DNA from: a bacterium
GTDB lineage: Bacteria > Desulfobacterota > DSWW01
DNA length: 64,000 bases
Direction of reading: 5' to 3'
Assembly: GCA_040756235.1 (NCBI GenBank)
Contig: JBFLZG010000065.1
Span: 1-64,000 of the forward strand
Part shown: positions 9,899 to 18,163 of the stretch, piece after piece
Layout of the letters: every line of letters begins with the position of its first letter
Position numbering within the stretch: the first letter of the stretch is position 1
The notes under the pieces: generated by a model
Databases searched by the model: none
Told to the model about the DNA's origin: nothing
The model's input: the letters and a program-made list of their open reading frames with translations, nothing else
Position numbers and translations under genes: made by a program

Positions 9899-10621
9899 AT
9901 GAAGGACGAGGCAAGAACCAAGAAGGATCTTCTGCAAGACGTCCGGGTGTTGCGGGCCCGGATCGCGCAGCTCGAAAGGCGCGAGGCCAACTTGTTCGAC
10001 ATCGCGGAGCAAGAGAAGGCGCGGCTCGCACGAGATCTCCACGACGACCTTTCCCAGGTGCTCACGGCCCTTTCCATATTCGGCGGAAAACTGCACAAGG
10101 ATCTGGCGGCCGCCGGAAGGGAAGAGGCCGCCCTGGCCGGTCAGATCGTGGTTCAGGTGGAGGAAGTCAGCCGCATGGTGCGGGGACTATCCCGCTCTCT
10201 CTGCTCGGTCGACCTCGATCCCGGGGGACTGCAGGATGCGCTCGAACGGCTCGCAGCGCACGCGAGCGAACTGTTCGGCATCCGCTGCGAGTGTCGCTGC
10301 GAGCGTCTCCCCCAGCCGCAGCTCAAGGGCAAAGCGGCCCACATCTACCGCATCGCCCAGGAGGCCGTCACCAATGCCGTCAGGCACGGGCAGGCGCGGC
10401 ACGTACGCGTCTCCCTGGCGCGGGAAGGTGGCCGCATCATCCTGGCCGTCGAAGACGACGGGACCGGGATTCCCGAGCCTGTGCCGGCAAGGGAGGGTCT
10501 GGGTTTGAGGATCATGCGATACCGCGCACGCATCCTCCGGGCGACCCTGAAGATCAGCCGCTCGGGCGCGCGCGGGACCGTTCTCACGTGCACCATTCCG
10601 TGCGGCGACCCCTCCCCGTGA
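9899..10621 (+). CDS. HisKA_3-type histidine kinase without sensor domain
   Basis: EKARLARDLHD H-box, YRIAQEAVTNAVRH N-box, EDDGTG and GLGLRIMRYRA. Confidence 0.88.
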   Translation: MKDEARTKKDLLQDVRVLRARIAQLERREANLFDIAEQEKARLARDLHDDLSQVLTALSIFGGKLHKDLAAAGREEAALAGQIVVQVEEVSRMVRGLSRSLCSVDLDPGGLQDALERLAAHASELFGIRCECRCERLPQPQLKGKAAHIYRIAQEAVTNAVRHGQARHVRVSLAREGGRIILAVEDDGTGIPEPVPAREGLGLRIMRYRARILRATLKISRSGARGTVLTCTIPCGDPSP

Positions 10622-10929
10622 CTGCACGGAATTCATGGGGTAGCCCCTGACCCGGGAAGGGCCCGGCGAGCAGCGCCCCCGGCACGCCCTGGGGAAGCGA
10701 CGCCCGCATTGTCTTCCCCGCCGGATCCGTAACCGAGAGCACGAAAACGGGCGGCAGACGCTGCGGTTTCGTTACCATCGAACCCAAAACGTTCTCCTGG
10801 ACTTAGCCATTTTCGTTGATTCCCACGCACTTGGCTCACGTCTTGGGAGCTCCCGTGAGACAGCACGATTGTTGCATTTGCGAGGGCGAGCACGGATCCC
10901 TTGAGCCTTGGAAACAAGACGAGAAGGCC

Positions 10930-11325
10930 ATGGAAGCCAGGCTTGACTCCCCTGCGAGCGCGATCATTCCTCTCCGGCCGCAGCCGGACCCGGAACGGAG
11001 CGTGGTCCGTCGGGTGGCCCCCGTCTCCAAGGGGGCCCCGGCGCAACGGGAACGCACCTCCGGGGAATTCCTCTCCGGCGGCACGCGGCACGGACTGGCT
11101 GCGCCGGCCGGTTCGAGAAATCTGCCGGAAATGCTTCGCCGGCCCACCGGCCCCACCGACGTCGGTATTCACTTCGAGATCCAGGAAGAGACGGGCGACG
11201 TCAGCGTGGAGGTCATGAACCGGGAGACCGGGGAGCTGATCCGGCGCATCCCGCCCGAGGACGTGAGCCGCCTCCATCAGAAGCTGGAGGAGCTCCGGGG
11301 ACTGCTGGTCGACAAAAAGGCGTGA
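10930..11325 (+). CDS. flaG: Flagellar protein FlaG
   Basis: C-terminal IHFEIQEETG..SVEVMNRETGELIRRIPPEDV...GLLVDKKA signature. Confidence 0.88.
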   Translation: MEARLDSPASAIIPLRPQPDPERSVVRRVAPVSKGAPAQRERTSGEFLSGGTRHGLAAPAGSRNLPEMLRRPTGPTDVGIHFEIQEETGDVSVEVMNRETGELIRRIPPEDVSRLHQKLEELRGLLVDKKA

Positions 11326-11527
11326 GCGCTCGGGCCTCCGCGACTCGCCCTCGCTGCAAGTTGTAGGTGCGCTCTCTGCCGCGCCGATTCTGGTGGTAAC
11401 GCGCTGTTCCTCCTCTGGAGACTGCCACGGCGTGATGAGCAGCCGCGGCTGGTGGACATGCCTTCGAGGCTTGTCCGCCCTACTGGCTGAAACGGAAGGA
11501 GTGAGGGCACCAGCCCGGATCTTGATT

Positions 11528-11640
11528 CGTCATCCCGGCCCAGCTGCGTAGCGCGTGGGAGCCGGGATCCAGAAGTTTGCTCAAGGCCAACATGTAGTCA
11601 CGGGAGCATGGACTGGATTCCGGCCTGCGCCGGAATGACG
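11528..11640. repeat. Pair of inverted CGTC-type REP hairpins
   Basis: CGTCATCCCGGC..GCCGGGATCCAG (11528-11572) and CTGGATTCCGGCCTGCGCCGGAATGACG (11613-11640), between convergent genes. Confidence 0.7.
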
Positions 11641-11756
11641 GAAAGAGACTGGCTGAGCCGTCTTCGGCGGGCACGCCTTCGGCTCTGTCCGCCCTAGCGC
11701 GGACGAACCCGGCTCGCTCGCGACCTCCGGCCCATCCTATTCAGCGAATGCGGCAC

Positions 11757-13454
11757 TCAGGAAGAAGCGTACCGCGAGCGCATCGCCTCGACGATCGTCT
11801 TCACGCGCTGCCCATAGGTATGCTCGAGCAGGACTCTCTTCCTGCCCAGGGCGGCCACCCGGCACCTCGCTTCGGGGCGGCGCAGGTAGTAATCGGCCTT
11901 CTCCGCGATCTCTTCCGCTTCCCGATAGGTCACGATCTCGGCGCCCGCCTCGAACAGCTCTTCGATCGCCTGCTGGTGGTCGGTCAGCAGGAAGGCTCCG
12001 CACGCCGGCACGTCGAACACGCGCTGATTGACCGCCTGCTCCATCTGGAGGCTGGTGGCGTTGAGGTTCACGGCAACGCCGTTGTAGAAGAAGGGGAGAT
12101 CTCGATAGTAATCCAGTGGAGGCAGGACGCGTACGTCCGGATCGAGGAGGCCCTTCCAGCCCTCGTCTCCATGAACGCGCAGAGAGCGGCCGCGCAGGGC
12201 CGCCAGACAGCCCAGCCGGTAGAGCTGGGTCGACCTCGAGACCACCGCCCTTTCCAGGTCGAGCCCCTCGACCGCGCTCAGACCCCTGAGAGGGAGCCCC
12301 ATCTCCTCCGGGATCTCCCGGACGAAGCGCTCGTAGGGGACCCGCCGGCGCAGCAGCTCCCGAGCCAGGATTTCCACCAGGGGCCGGAGCTCGGGCCGGA
12401 GCTTCGAGAGCCATTTGTCCACCCGGGAGACCATCGAGTGGCCCACGAACCCGATGGCACATCGGTGCCTGCGCACTTTCGGATGGCTTGCAGGGATCGG
12501 CCTGAACTGAGCCGGGTCCGCACCGAGCGGAAGGTAGTGAACGGCTTCGAACCCCATCCTTTTCACGTCCCCTACGTGTGCTCGGTCCCATACGAAGATC
12601 GCACTCCAGGGCGACACGTTCCTGCGGAACCCTTTGAGGATGAGATTGGGGCTGTCCACGAACCAGGACGCGACCGGCATCTCGATGGACCTCAGGAAGT
12701 CGGTCAGGACTCCGTCCTCGTCGAAGCCGAGGTGATTGACCGTGAGCAGGAAATCCGGCCGCAGCTCCACAACGATCTCCAGAAGCCGCGCGACGATGGC
12801 CTCTCCGGACTGCCCCTTGCCGACCGTCACTCTCGAGGTCCGGTGGCCGGCCGAGCCCAGGGCCCGTTCCACTTCCCGGGTGAGAAAGTAGCCGAAGTCG
12901 ATCAGGCCGACCCGCACCTCGCGAGCGGCGAACTTGGGGTACTTGAGCTTCTCCCAGACCTTCGCGGCGGCGGCCTTCTTCAGGGCGCCGGCGATCGGCT
13001 GGTAGTAGTCCGGAAAGGCCGAGAGCGCGGCGGGCAGCACGAAGACCGAGAGCGGGACCATGCCCAGGCCGATCTGACGTCGCGTGATCTCCCGGACCGC
13101 CTCGGCCGGCGCAGCGCCCACCACGAATTGCACGCGGCCGTTCCGGCGGCCGAGCCTGCCGGCGCTCGCCGCCAGCTCGTAGACCTCGGGACTGCCTTCG
13201 ACCACGAGAATCTGCGCGTCCGGGAAACGACCGGCAAGCTCCTCCAGGTGATAGCCCAGGCCCAGGCCGAGGACCAGCACCAGACCGTGCCCCGGATCCG
13301 CGAAGGCATCCACAAAACCCTTCGCCTCCCTTTGCGGATCGTACAGGCTGTGGAGCATCCGGGAGGTCCCGTCCGCTGCCGTCACCTTCACGGTCATGGC
13401 GCCGTTCCTGCATGGCATCAGGCGCACGCGGCGGTCGGCGGCGGGCTCACACAT
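11757..13454 (-). CDS. CgeB/DUF3880-like glycosyltransferase with N-terminal Maf-like domain
   Basis: N-terminal LHSLYDPQREA and LGLGLGYH; SWFVDSP, YLPLGADP, VNQRVFDVPACGAFLLTD and HTYGQR. Confidence 0.85.
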   Translation of the reverse strand: MCEPAADRRVRLMPCRNGAMTVKVTAADGTSRMLHSLYDPQREAKGFVDAFADPGHGLVLVLGLGLGYHLEELAGRFPDAQILVVEGSPEVYELAASAGRLGRRNGRVQFVVGAAPAEAVREITRRQIGLGMVPLSVFVLPAALSAFPDYYQPIAGALKKAAAAKVWEKLKYPKFAAREVRVGLIDFGYFLTREVERALGSAGHRTSRVTVGKGQSGEAIVARLLEIVVELRPDFLLTVNHLGFDEDGVLTDFLRSIEMPVASWFVDSPNLILKGFRRNVSPWSAIFVWDRAHVGDVKRMGFEAVHYLPLGADPAQFRPIPASHPKVRRHRCAIGFVGHSMVSRVDKWLSKLRPELRPLVEILARELLRRRVPYERFVREIPEEMGLPLRGLSAVEGLDLERAVVSRSTQLYRLGCLAALRGRSLRVHGDEGWKGLLDPDVRVLPPLDYYRDLPFFYNGVAVNLNATSLQMEQAVNQRVFDVPACGAFLLTDHQQAIEELFEAGAEIVTYREAEEIAEKADYYLRRPEARCRVAALGRKRVLLEHTYGQRVKTIVEAMRSRYASS

Positions 13455-16400
13455 GCAGGTTCGCCTCGAGGCGCACCGGCTCCCGGCTCCCCGGAGGGTC
13501 CGTGAGCCGGGCGGTCAGGCCCTGGTAGTAGTCGGGGTGGAGCAGGAACGAAGGCGCGTGGCGGATGACGAGGACCCTGCGGCCGGGGTGGAGCCGCACC
13601 ATTTCGCCGAGGGTCTCCTCGAGCTCGGCAGCGTCGCGCTCGCCGGCGAGCACCCGCAGCCCGGCAGCCGTCAGGGCTTCCAGCCCCAGGTGGTGGGCCA
13701 GGGCAAGATCGAACAGCGCGGCCTCGCGCTCGACCGCGACCAGGGGCGTGCCCCGGGGGGCCCGCTTCCAGACGGCCTCCAGCGGATAGCCGAGCCCCAC
13801 GCCGAGCTGGACGATGATCCGATCATGCAGCTCCTCGCGGCCGGGCAGGCTCCGCTCCGCCTCCTCGAGCGGCTTGTGGCCGCTGTGGAGCAGCAAGCTT
13901 CTCCCCCCGCGCCGCACTCGGACGGTCACCCGGCCGTCCCTGGCAGGCTCCAGCGAGAGCTCCTCCGGAAGCGACAGAACCGACCTTTCGAGGGCCCTTG
14001 CGGCGTCGGCTCTGCGGCCGAGCCCCATGTAGACCATGAGCAGCCGGTGATTCGCCTCCGCGCAGAAGCTCCACTCCAGGGCCTCTTCGTAGGCCCGAGC
14101 GGCCTCCTCGAGATGGCCGGCGCGCTCGCAGCAGCGGCCCAGATAGAACCGGAACAGCCTCTCCTGGCCGGCCCTTTCGACCCTGCGGCCATCCAGCTCG
14201 GAGCGCAGCAGCCGGGCCGCCGCCTCGTGCCTGCCCTGGAACATGAGCGACAGGGCGTGCTGGAGGGCACGGGAGGGCTCGTCGGCAACCGGGACGACCT
14301 CCCGGGCGTAGGCCAGGGATTTCGCCTGCCGCTCCTTCGAGGTCTCGAAAGCTTGTTCTGCGGCCTGCCAGCGGCATCCGTTCAGGCTGTGAGCGCCCAG
14401 ACAGGCGTGAGGCACCGGGGAATCCGGCAGGACGTCGCCCGCCGCGCGCGCCAGATCGCTCGCTGCGCACCAGTCGGAGCGCGCCGCGCGCGCCGCGGCC
14501 AGAGCCAGGAGCCGGTGCATTTCGTTCTCGGCCCGTATGCGTCCCCTGACGTCTCCGGCGGCCGGGTGCTCCTCCCGCAGAAAGAGGTCGCACCAGTCGT
14601 CCCCTTCCACCTGCGAGATCGCTTCGTGAACGCCCCAAGCATAGTGGTAGTTCAGGAGGGTCGCGTACATGCGGAACAGGAGCGCGCGCGCGGCCGCCGC
14701 TGTCTCCTCTTCCGAAGCGTCCCGCTCCAGGTCGCGGCGGACTTCGTCCACGGTGCGGACGAGCCGCTCCCGGTCCAGGAAGTCCTTCACCACCCCTGCC
14801 TGGAGGTCCCGGTAACCCCAGATCCGGTTCGGATGCTTCCGCGCCAGACCGGCCGCCTCCCGGCCCGCCCGTCTCTGTTCGGCACAGAGGGCCTCGAGCG
14901 AAGGAGCGGCGCAGGGGCGCGTCACGGCCCGGCCGCTCGGCAACACCTGCACCCCGTCCAGGCTCGCCCGATACGCGAGCTCGCGGATCTGCCACGAGAA
15001 GCTCAAGTCGGGCCGCAGCCGGAAGCGCCGCAGGAGCCTCCCGCGCGCCGAAACATTCGTGGCGTAGTAAGGAGAAAACGAGAGCCCCAGGCCTTTGTGC
15101 GTCGGCAGCGAGGAGAGAAACTCCAGCAGAGGCGTCCCCGATCCGTCCGGCGCCTCGGTGTTGCCGGTCACGAGGAGGTCCTCTGAAGGGGACACTTTGT
15201 GGACCTCCAGATGCCTTTCCAGAAAGTCGGGGTCGAGGAAGGCGCCGGGCTGGATGAGCACGACGTATTCGCCGTGTGCCTTCTCGATCGCATCCGGGAC
15301 CGCCCCCGGGCCGCGGCCCAGGGACCGAACGCGGGCGCGCGGCACGTGCTCCCGGGCATGGCGGCGCAGCGCCTCCTCACAGCCGGCATCCGGGAGCACC
15401 AACTCCAGCGCGCGCGGTGCGGCCGACTGCCGGCCCGCCGAGTCGATCAGCCGGACCAGGTCCTCGCGGCTCGAGCCGCCTGCAACGATCAGGCTCACCG
15501 GGCAGGAGGCCGCTCTTGCGCGGCTCGCCCGGGCGGGACGCCGCCTATGTTCCGGTTCGTGATAGATCAGGACGCTCCCGGCCACGGCCAGCGTGCGGCC
15601 CGATCCGCGGATCCTCTTGAGCCGCGCCCGGAGGCCTGCCTCTGCTCCGGCGGGATCCTCGTTGCCGGCGCCGTGCGGGCCGACCTCCCTCATGGGCACA
15701 AGGACGCACGGGTGCTGCGCGAGGTCTTCGACCGGCTCGAGGCGGCCCCTGCTCTTCTCGTACGCCTCCCACGCCAGCTCCTCAAGATCGTACACGGTTT
15801 CACAGGACCCCGGGACCGAGGACGCCGGCGAAACCGCTCCGAGCCCCGGGTTCGCCCGGAACAGCTCCATGAGCCGAGCGTCCCAGTGGGGCGTGACCAC
15901 GGTATCCGGCCGCAGGAAGGCCGCGAACTCGCTCGATATCGCCGCCAGGGCCTGGGCGCAGGCGAGGTCGAAGCCGCACCGCCTCTCGTTCCGGATGTGC
16001 CGGATCTGGGTGCGCTCCAGCCACTCGGCGGTGCCGTCGCTCGAGCCGTCGTCCACCACCACGATCTCGTGCAGGCAGTCCGAGCTTCTCTGCAGGGCTT
16101 CGATGCAGCGCTCGAGCGGTTCGCGCCGGTCGCACGAGGCGATCGCGACCGTGACCTTGGAGAGCGGGCAGACGCAGGCAACCTCCTCCCAGCTCCCGCG
16201 CGCAAGCACGAAGCGCGCGCTGGCGCGTGCCCGGGGCACCGGCAGGGTAGACAGCAGCTCGACCATCCTGCGCTCGACGGCCTGCGGGCTGTACGTCTCC
16301 TGGATGAAGCGGCGGCCGCGCCGCGAGATCCTCTCCCAGAGCGCCGCATCCCGGCACAGGGACGAGATCGCCGCAGCCAGCTCGGCGGGCGCGTCGGCCA

Positions 16401-18159
16401 CCAGAAGGTGCTCGCCGCTGGAGGCGCCCAGCCCTTCGGCACCGATCGAGGTGGTGACCACCGGCAGGCCGGCGGCCATGGCCTCCCCCACCTTGCCCTT
16501 CATCCCGGCCCCGTACCGGAGCGGCGCGATCGAAACCAGGGCCGCGTCCAGGTAGGGAGCCGTGTCCGGCACGTAGCCCACGACCTCCACGTCTTCGGAC
16601 TGGTGGGCCAGGACTTCAGGAGGAGGGGCGTTCCCCACGATGCGGAGCGTCGCCTCCGGCACTTCCGCTTTCACCAGAGGATAGACCTCGTCGAGAAAGA
16701 ACAGCACGGCGTCCGCGTTCGGCGGGTGCGAGAACCCGCCGATGAAGAGGAGCCCGGACCTCGCGCCCCTCGGCGCGACCTCGGCCGGGATGGTATGGAT
16801 GTTCGGGACGACGCGCACGTCGAGGGAGGGCGACGCTTCCAGCAGGTGCCTGCGATCGTCTTCCGTCACCGTGAGAACGACGTCGGACCGCTCGTAGCGA
16901 GCGAGCTCGCTTCTCCTGTTCTCGAGGGCCCGCCGGAGCATCCATCCGTCGCCCCTCATCCGCGCCTCCCGCATCTCGCGCACGAAGTGGACGTCCACCG
17001 AATCCGTGACGAGGACGGTCGCAGGAGAGACGCGCCGGATGAGATCTGCGTAGAGACCGGTCATGTGGTGGAATTCGAGCAGGGCGACGCGGAATCGGTT
17101 GTGGGCCAGCAGCTTCTCCACGTCGACCGCAGGCAGGCCCTGGCACTCCTCGATGTGCGGGAAGCGCGCCACGTCGTTCCCGTACACGGCGATGCCGAGG
17201 TCCCGCAGGGCCTCCACGTAGCGGCCGGCGCCGCTCGCGTCGCAGGCGAGGAAGACGACGTTGCAGTGCCGCGCGAGCAAGCCGAGCATCTGGAACAGAC
17301 GCAGCTCCCCGGAGGCCTTGTCGAACATCGGCGGCGTGCGGGCCACGACCAGGATCTTCTCCTTCTGCTCGGCTCCGGCCGGGACCGGCGACTCCCAGTA
17401 AGAGCGGCGCTGGAGAGGAAGCCGGTCGCGCCACTTCTCCACGAACTTCTCCCGGTTCACGACCTGGTACTTCTTGGCCCCCGCGGATACGGCCACGCCG
17501 GCGGTCCCGCCCTCCAGGTGAAAGACCCGGCACTTCGGCTCGTAGACGACCTTGAGCCCGAGCCGTCTGGCAGAGAAGCACAGGTCCGTGTCCTCGTAAT
17601 AGGCGGGAGAGAACCTCTCGTCGAGCCCCCCCGTGGCCTCCAGGAGGGAGCGCTTGACGTACAGGCAGGCGCCCGAGCAGTAATCGACCTCCCTCCGGCG
17701 GCCGTACGGTTTCAAGTCCGCGAGGTCGCCCTTGCCCACGTTCCACCCCGACCCGTCCGAGAAGACTTCCGAGCCGGCTTCCTGCAGCCTTCCATCGGGG
17801 TAGAGCAGCCTGGCGCCCACGACCGCGATCGCCGGGTCGCTGTAGGCGCAATCGATCAGCGCCTCGAGCCAACCCTCCGTGACCAGCGTGTCATTGTTGA
17901 GCAGAACGACATCGCTGCGGGGGTGCCTCCGGAAGATCAGGTTGTTGCCCTGCACGAATCCCAGGTTCTCGGCCGTATGGACCCAGTCGAGCTTTGCGCC
18001 GCAGCGCTTCAGGACCTCTCCGGTCTCGTCCTCGGAGCCCTGATCGAGGACGCAGATGCGCGCCCCGGGGTAGCGGGTGTGCTCGAACAGGCTTTCGAGA
18101 CAGCTCTCGAGGAGCCTTGCCCGGTTCCAGCTCAGGATGGCGACGACCACCTGCGGCAC
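13447..18159 (-). CDS. 1570-aa multi-domain glycosyltransferase: GT2 + GT4 + two degenerate GT2 + TPR + C-terminal Maf-like domain
   Basis: LLNNDT and YYEDTDL (GT2), GMKGKVGEAMAAGLPVVTT (GT4), VVDDGSSDGT (GT2), TPR-like helices, LLHSGHKPLEEA and LGVGLGY; GTG start. Confidence 0.85.
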   Translation of the reverse strand: MPQVVVAILSWNRARLLESCLESLFEHTRYPGARICVLDQGSEDETGEVLKRCGAKLDWVHTAENLGFVQGNNLIFRRHPRSDVVLLNNDTLVTEGWLEALIDCAYSDPAIAVVGARLLYPDGRLQEAGSEVFSDGSGWNVGKGDLADLKPYGRRREVDYCSGACLYVKRSLLEATGGLDERFSPAYYEDTDLCFSARRLGLKVVYEPKCRVFHLEGGTAGVAVSAGAKKYQVVNREKFVEKWRDRLPLQRRSYWESPVPAGAEQKEKILVVARTPPMFDKASGELRLFQMLGLLARHCNVVFLACDASGAGRYVEALRDLGIAVYGNDVARFPHIEECQGLPAVDVEKLLAHNRFRVALLEFHHMTGLYADLIRRVSPATVLVTDSVDVHFVREMREARMRGDGWMLRRALENRRSELARYERSDVVLTVTEDDRRHLLEASPSLDVRVVPNIHTIPAEVAPRGARSGLLFIGGFSHPPNADAVLFFLDEVYPLVKAEVPEATLRIVGNAPPPEVLAHQSEDVEVVGYVPDTAPYLDAALVSIAPLRYGAGMKGKVGEAMAAGLPVVTTSIGAEGLGASSGEHLLVADAPAELAAAISSLCRDAALWERISRRGRRFIQETYSPQAVERRMVELLSTLPVPRARASARFVLARGSWEEVACVCPLSKVTVAIASCDRREPLERCIEALQRSSDCLHEIVVVDDGSSDGTAEWLERTQIRHIRNERRCGFDLACAQALAAISSEFAAFLRPDTVVTPHWDARLMELFRANPGLGAVSPASSVPGSCETVYDLEELAWEAYEKSRGRLEPVEDLAQHPCVLVPMREVGPHGAGNEDPAGAEAGLRARLKRIRGSGRTLAVAGSVLIYHEPEHRRRPARASRARAASCPVSLIVAGGSSREDLVRLIDSAGRQSAAPRALELVLPDAGCEEALRRHAREHVPRARVRSLGRGPGAVPDAIEKAHGEYVVLIQPGAFLDPDFLERHLEVHKVSPSEDLLVTGNTEAPDGSGTPLLEFLSSLPTHKGLGLSFSPYYATNVSARGRLLRRFRLRPDLSFSWQIRELAYRASLDGVQVLPSGRAVTRPCAAPSLEALCAEQRRAGREAAGLARKHPNRIWGYRDLQAGVVKDFLDRERLVRTVDEVRRDLERDASEEETAAAARALLFRMYATLLNYHYAWGVHEAISQVEGDDWCDLFLREEHPAAGDVRGRIRAENEMHRLLALAAARAARSDWCAASDLARAAGDVLPDSPVPHACLGAHSLNGCRWQAAEQAFETSKERQAKSLAYAREVVPVADEPSRALQHALSLMFQGRHEAAARLLRSELDGRRVERAGQERLFRFYLGRCCERAGHLEEAARAYEEALEWSFCAEANHRLLMVYMGLGRRADAARALERSVLSLPEELSLEPARDGRVTVRVRRGGRSLLLHSGHKPLEEAERSLPGREELHDRIIVQLGVGLGYPLEAVWKRAPRGTPLVAVEREAALFDLALAHHLGLEALTAAGLRVLAGERDAAELEETLGEMVRLHPGRRVLVIRHAPSFLLHPDYYQGLTARLTDPPGSREPVRLEANLHV

Positions 18160-18163
18160 GGCC

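Noticed and set aside
10861..10876. sigma54-like site CAGCACGATTGTTGCA upstream of flaG
   Set aside because: Lacks the near-invariant GG at -24; plausible but not supportable.
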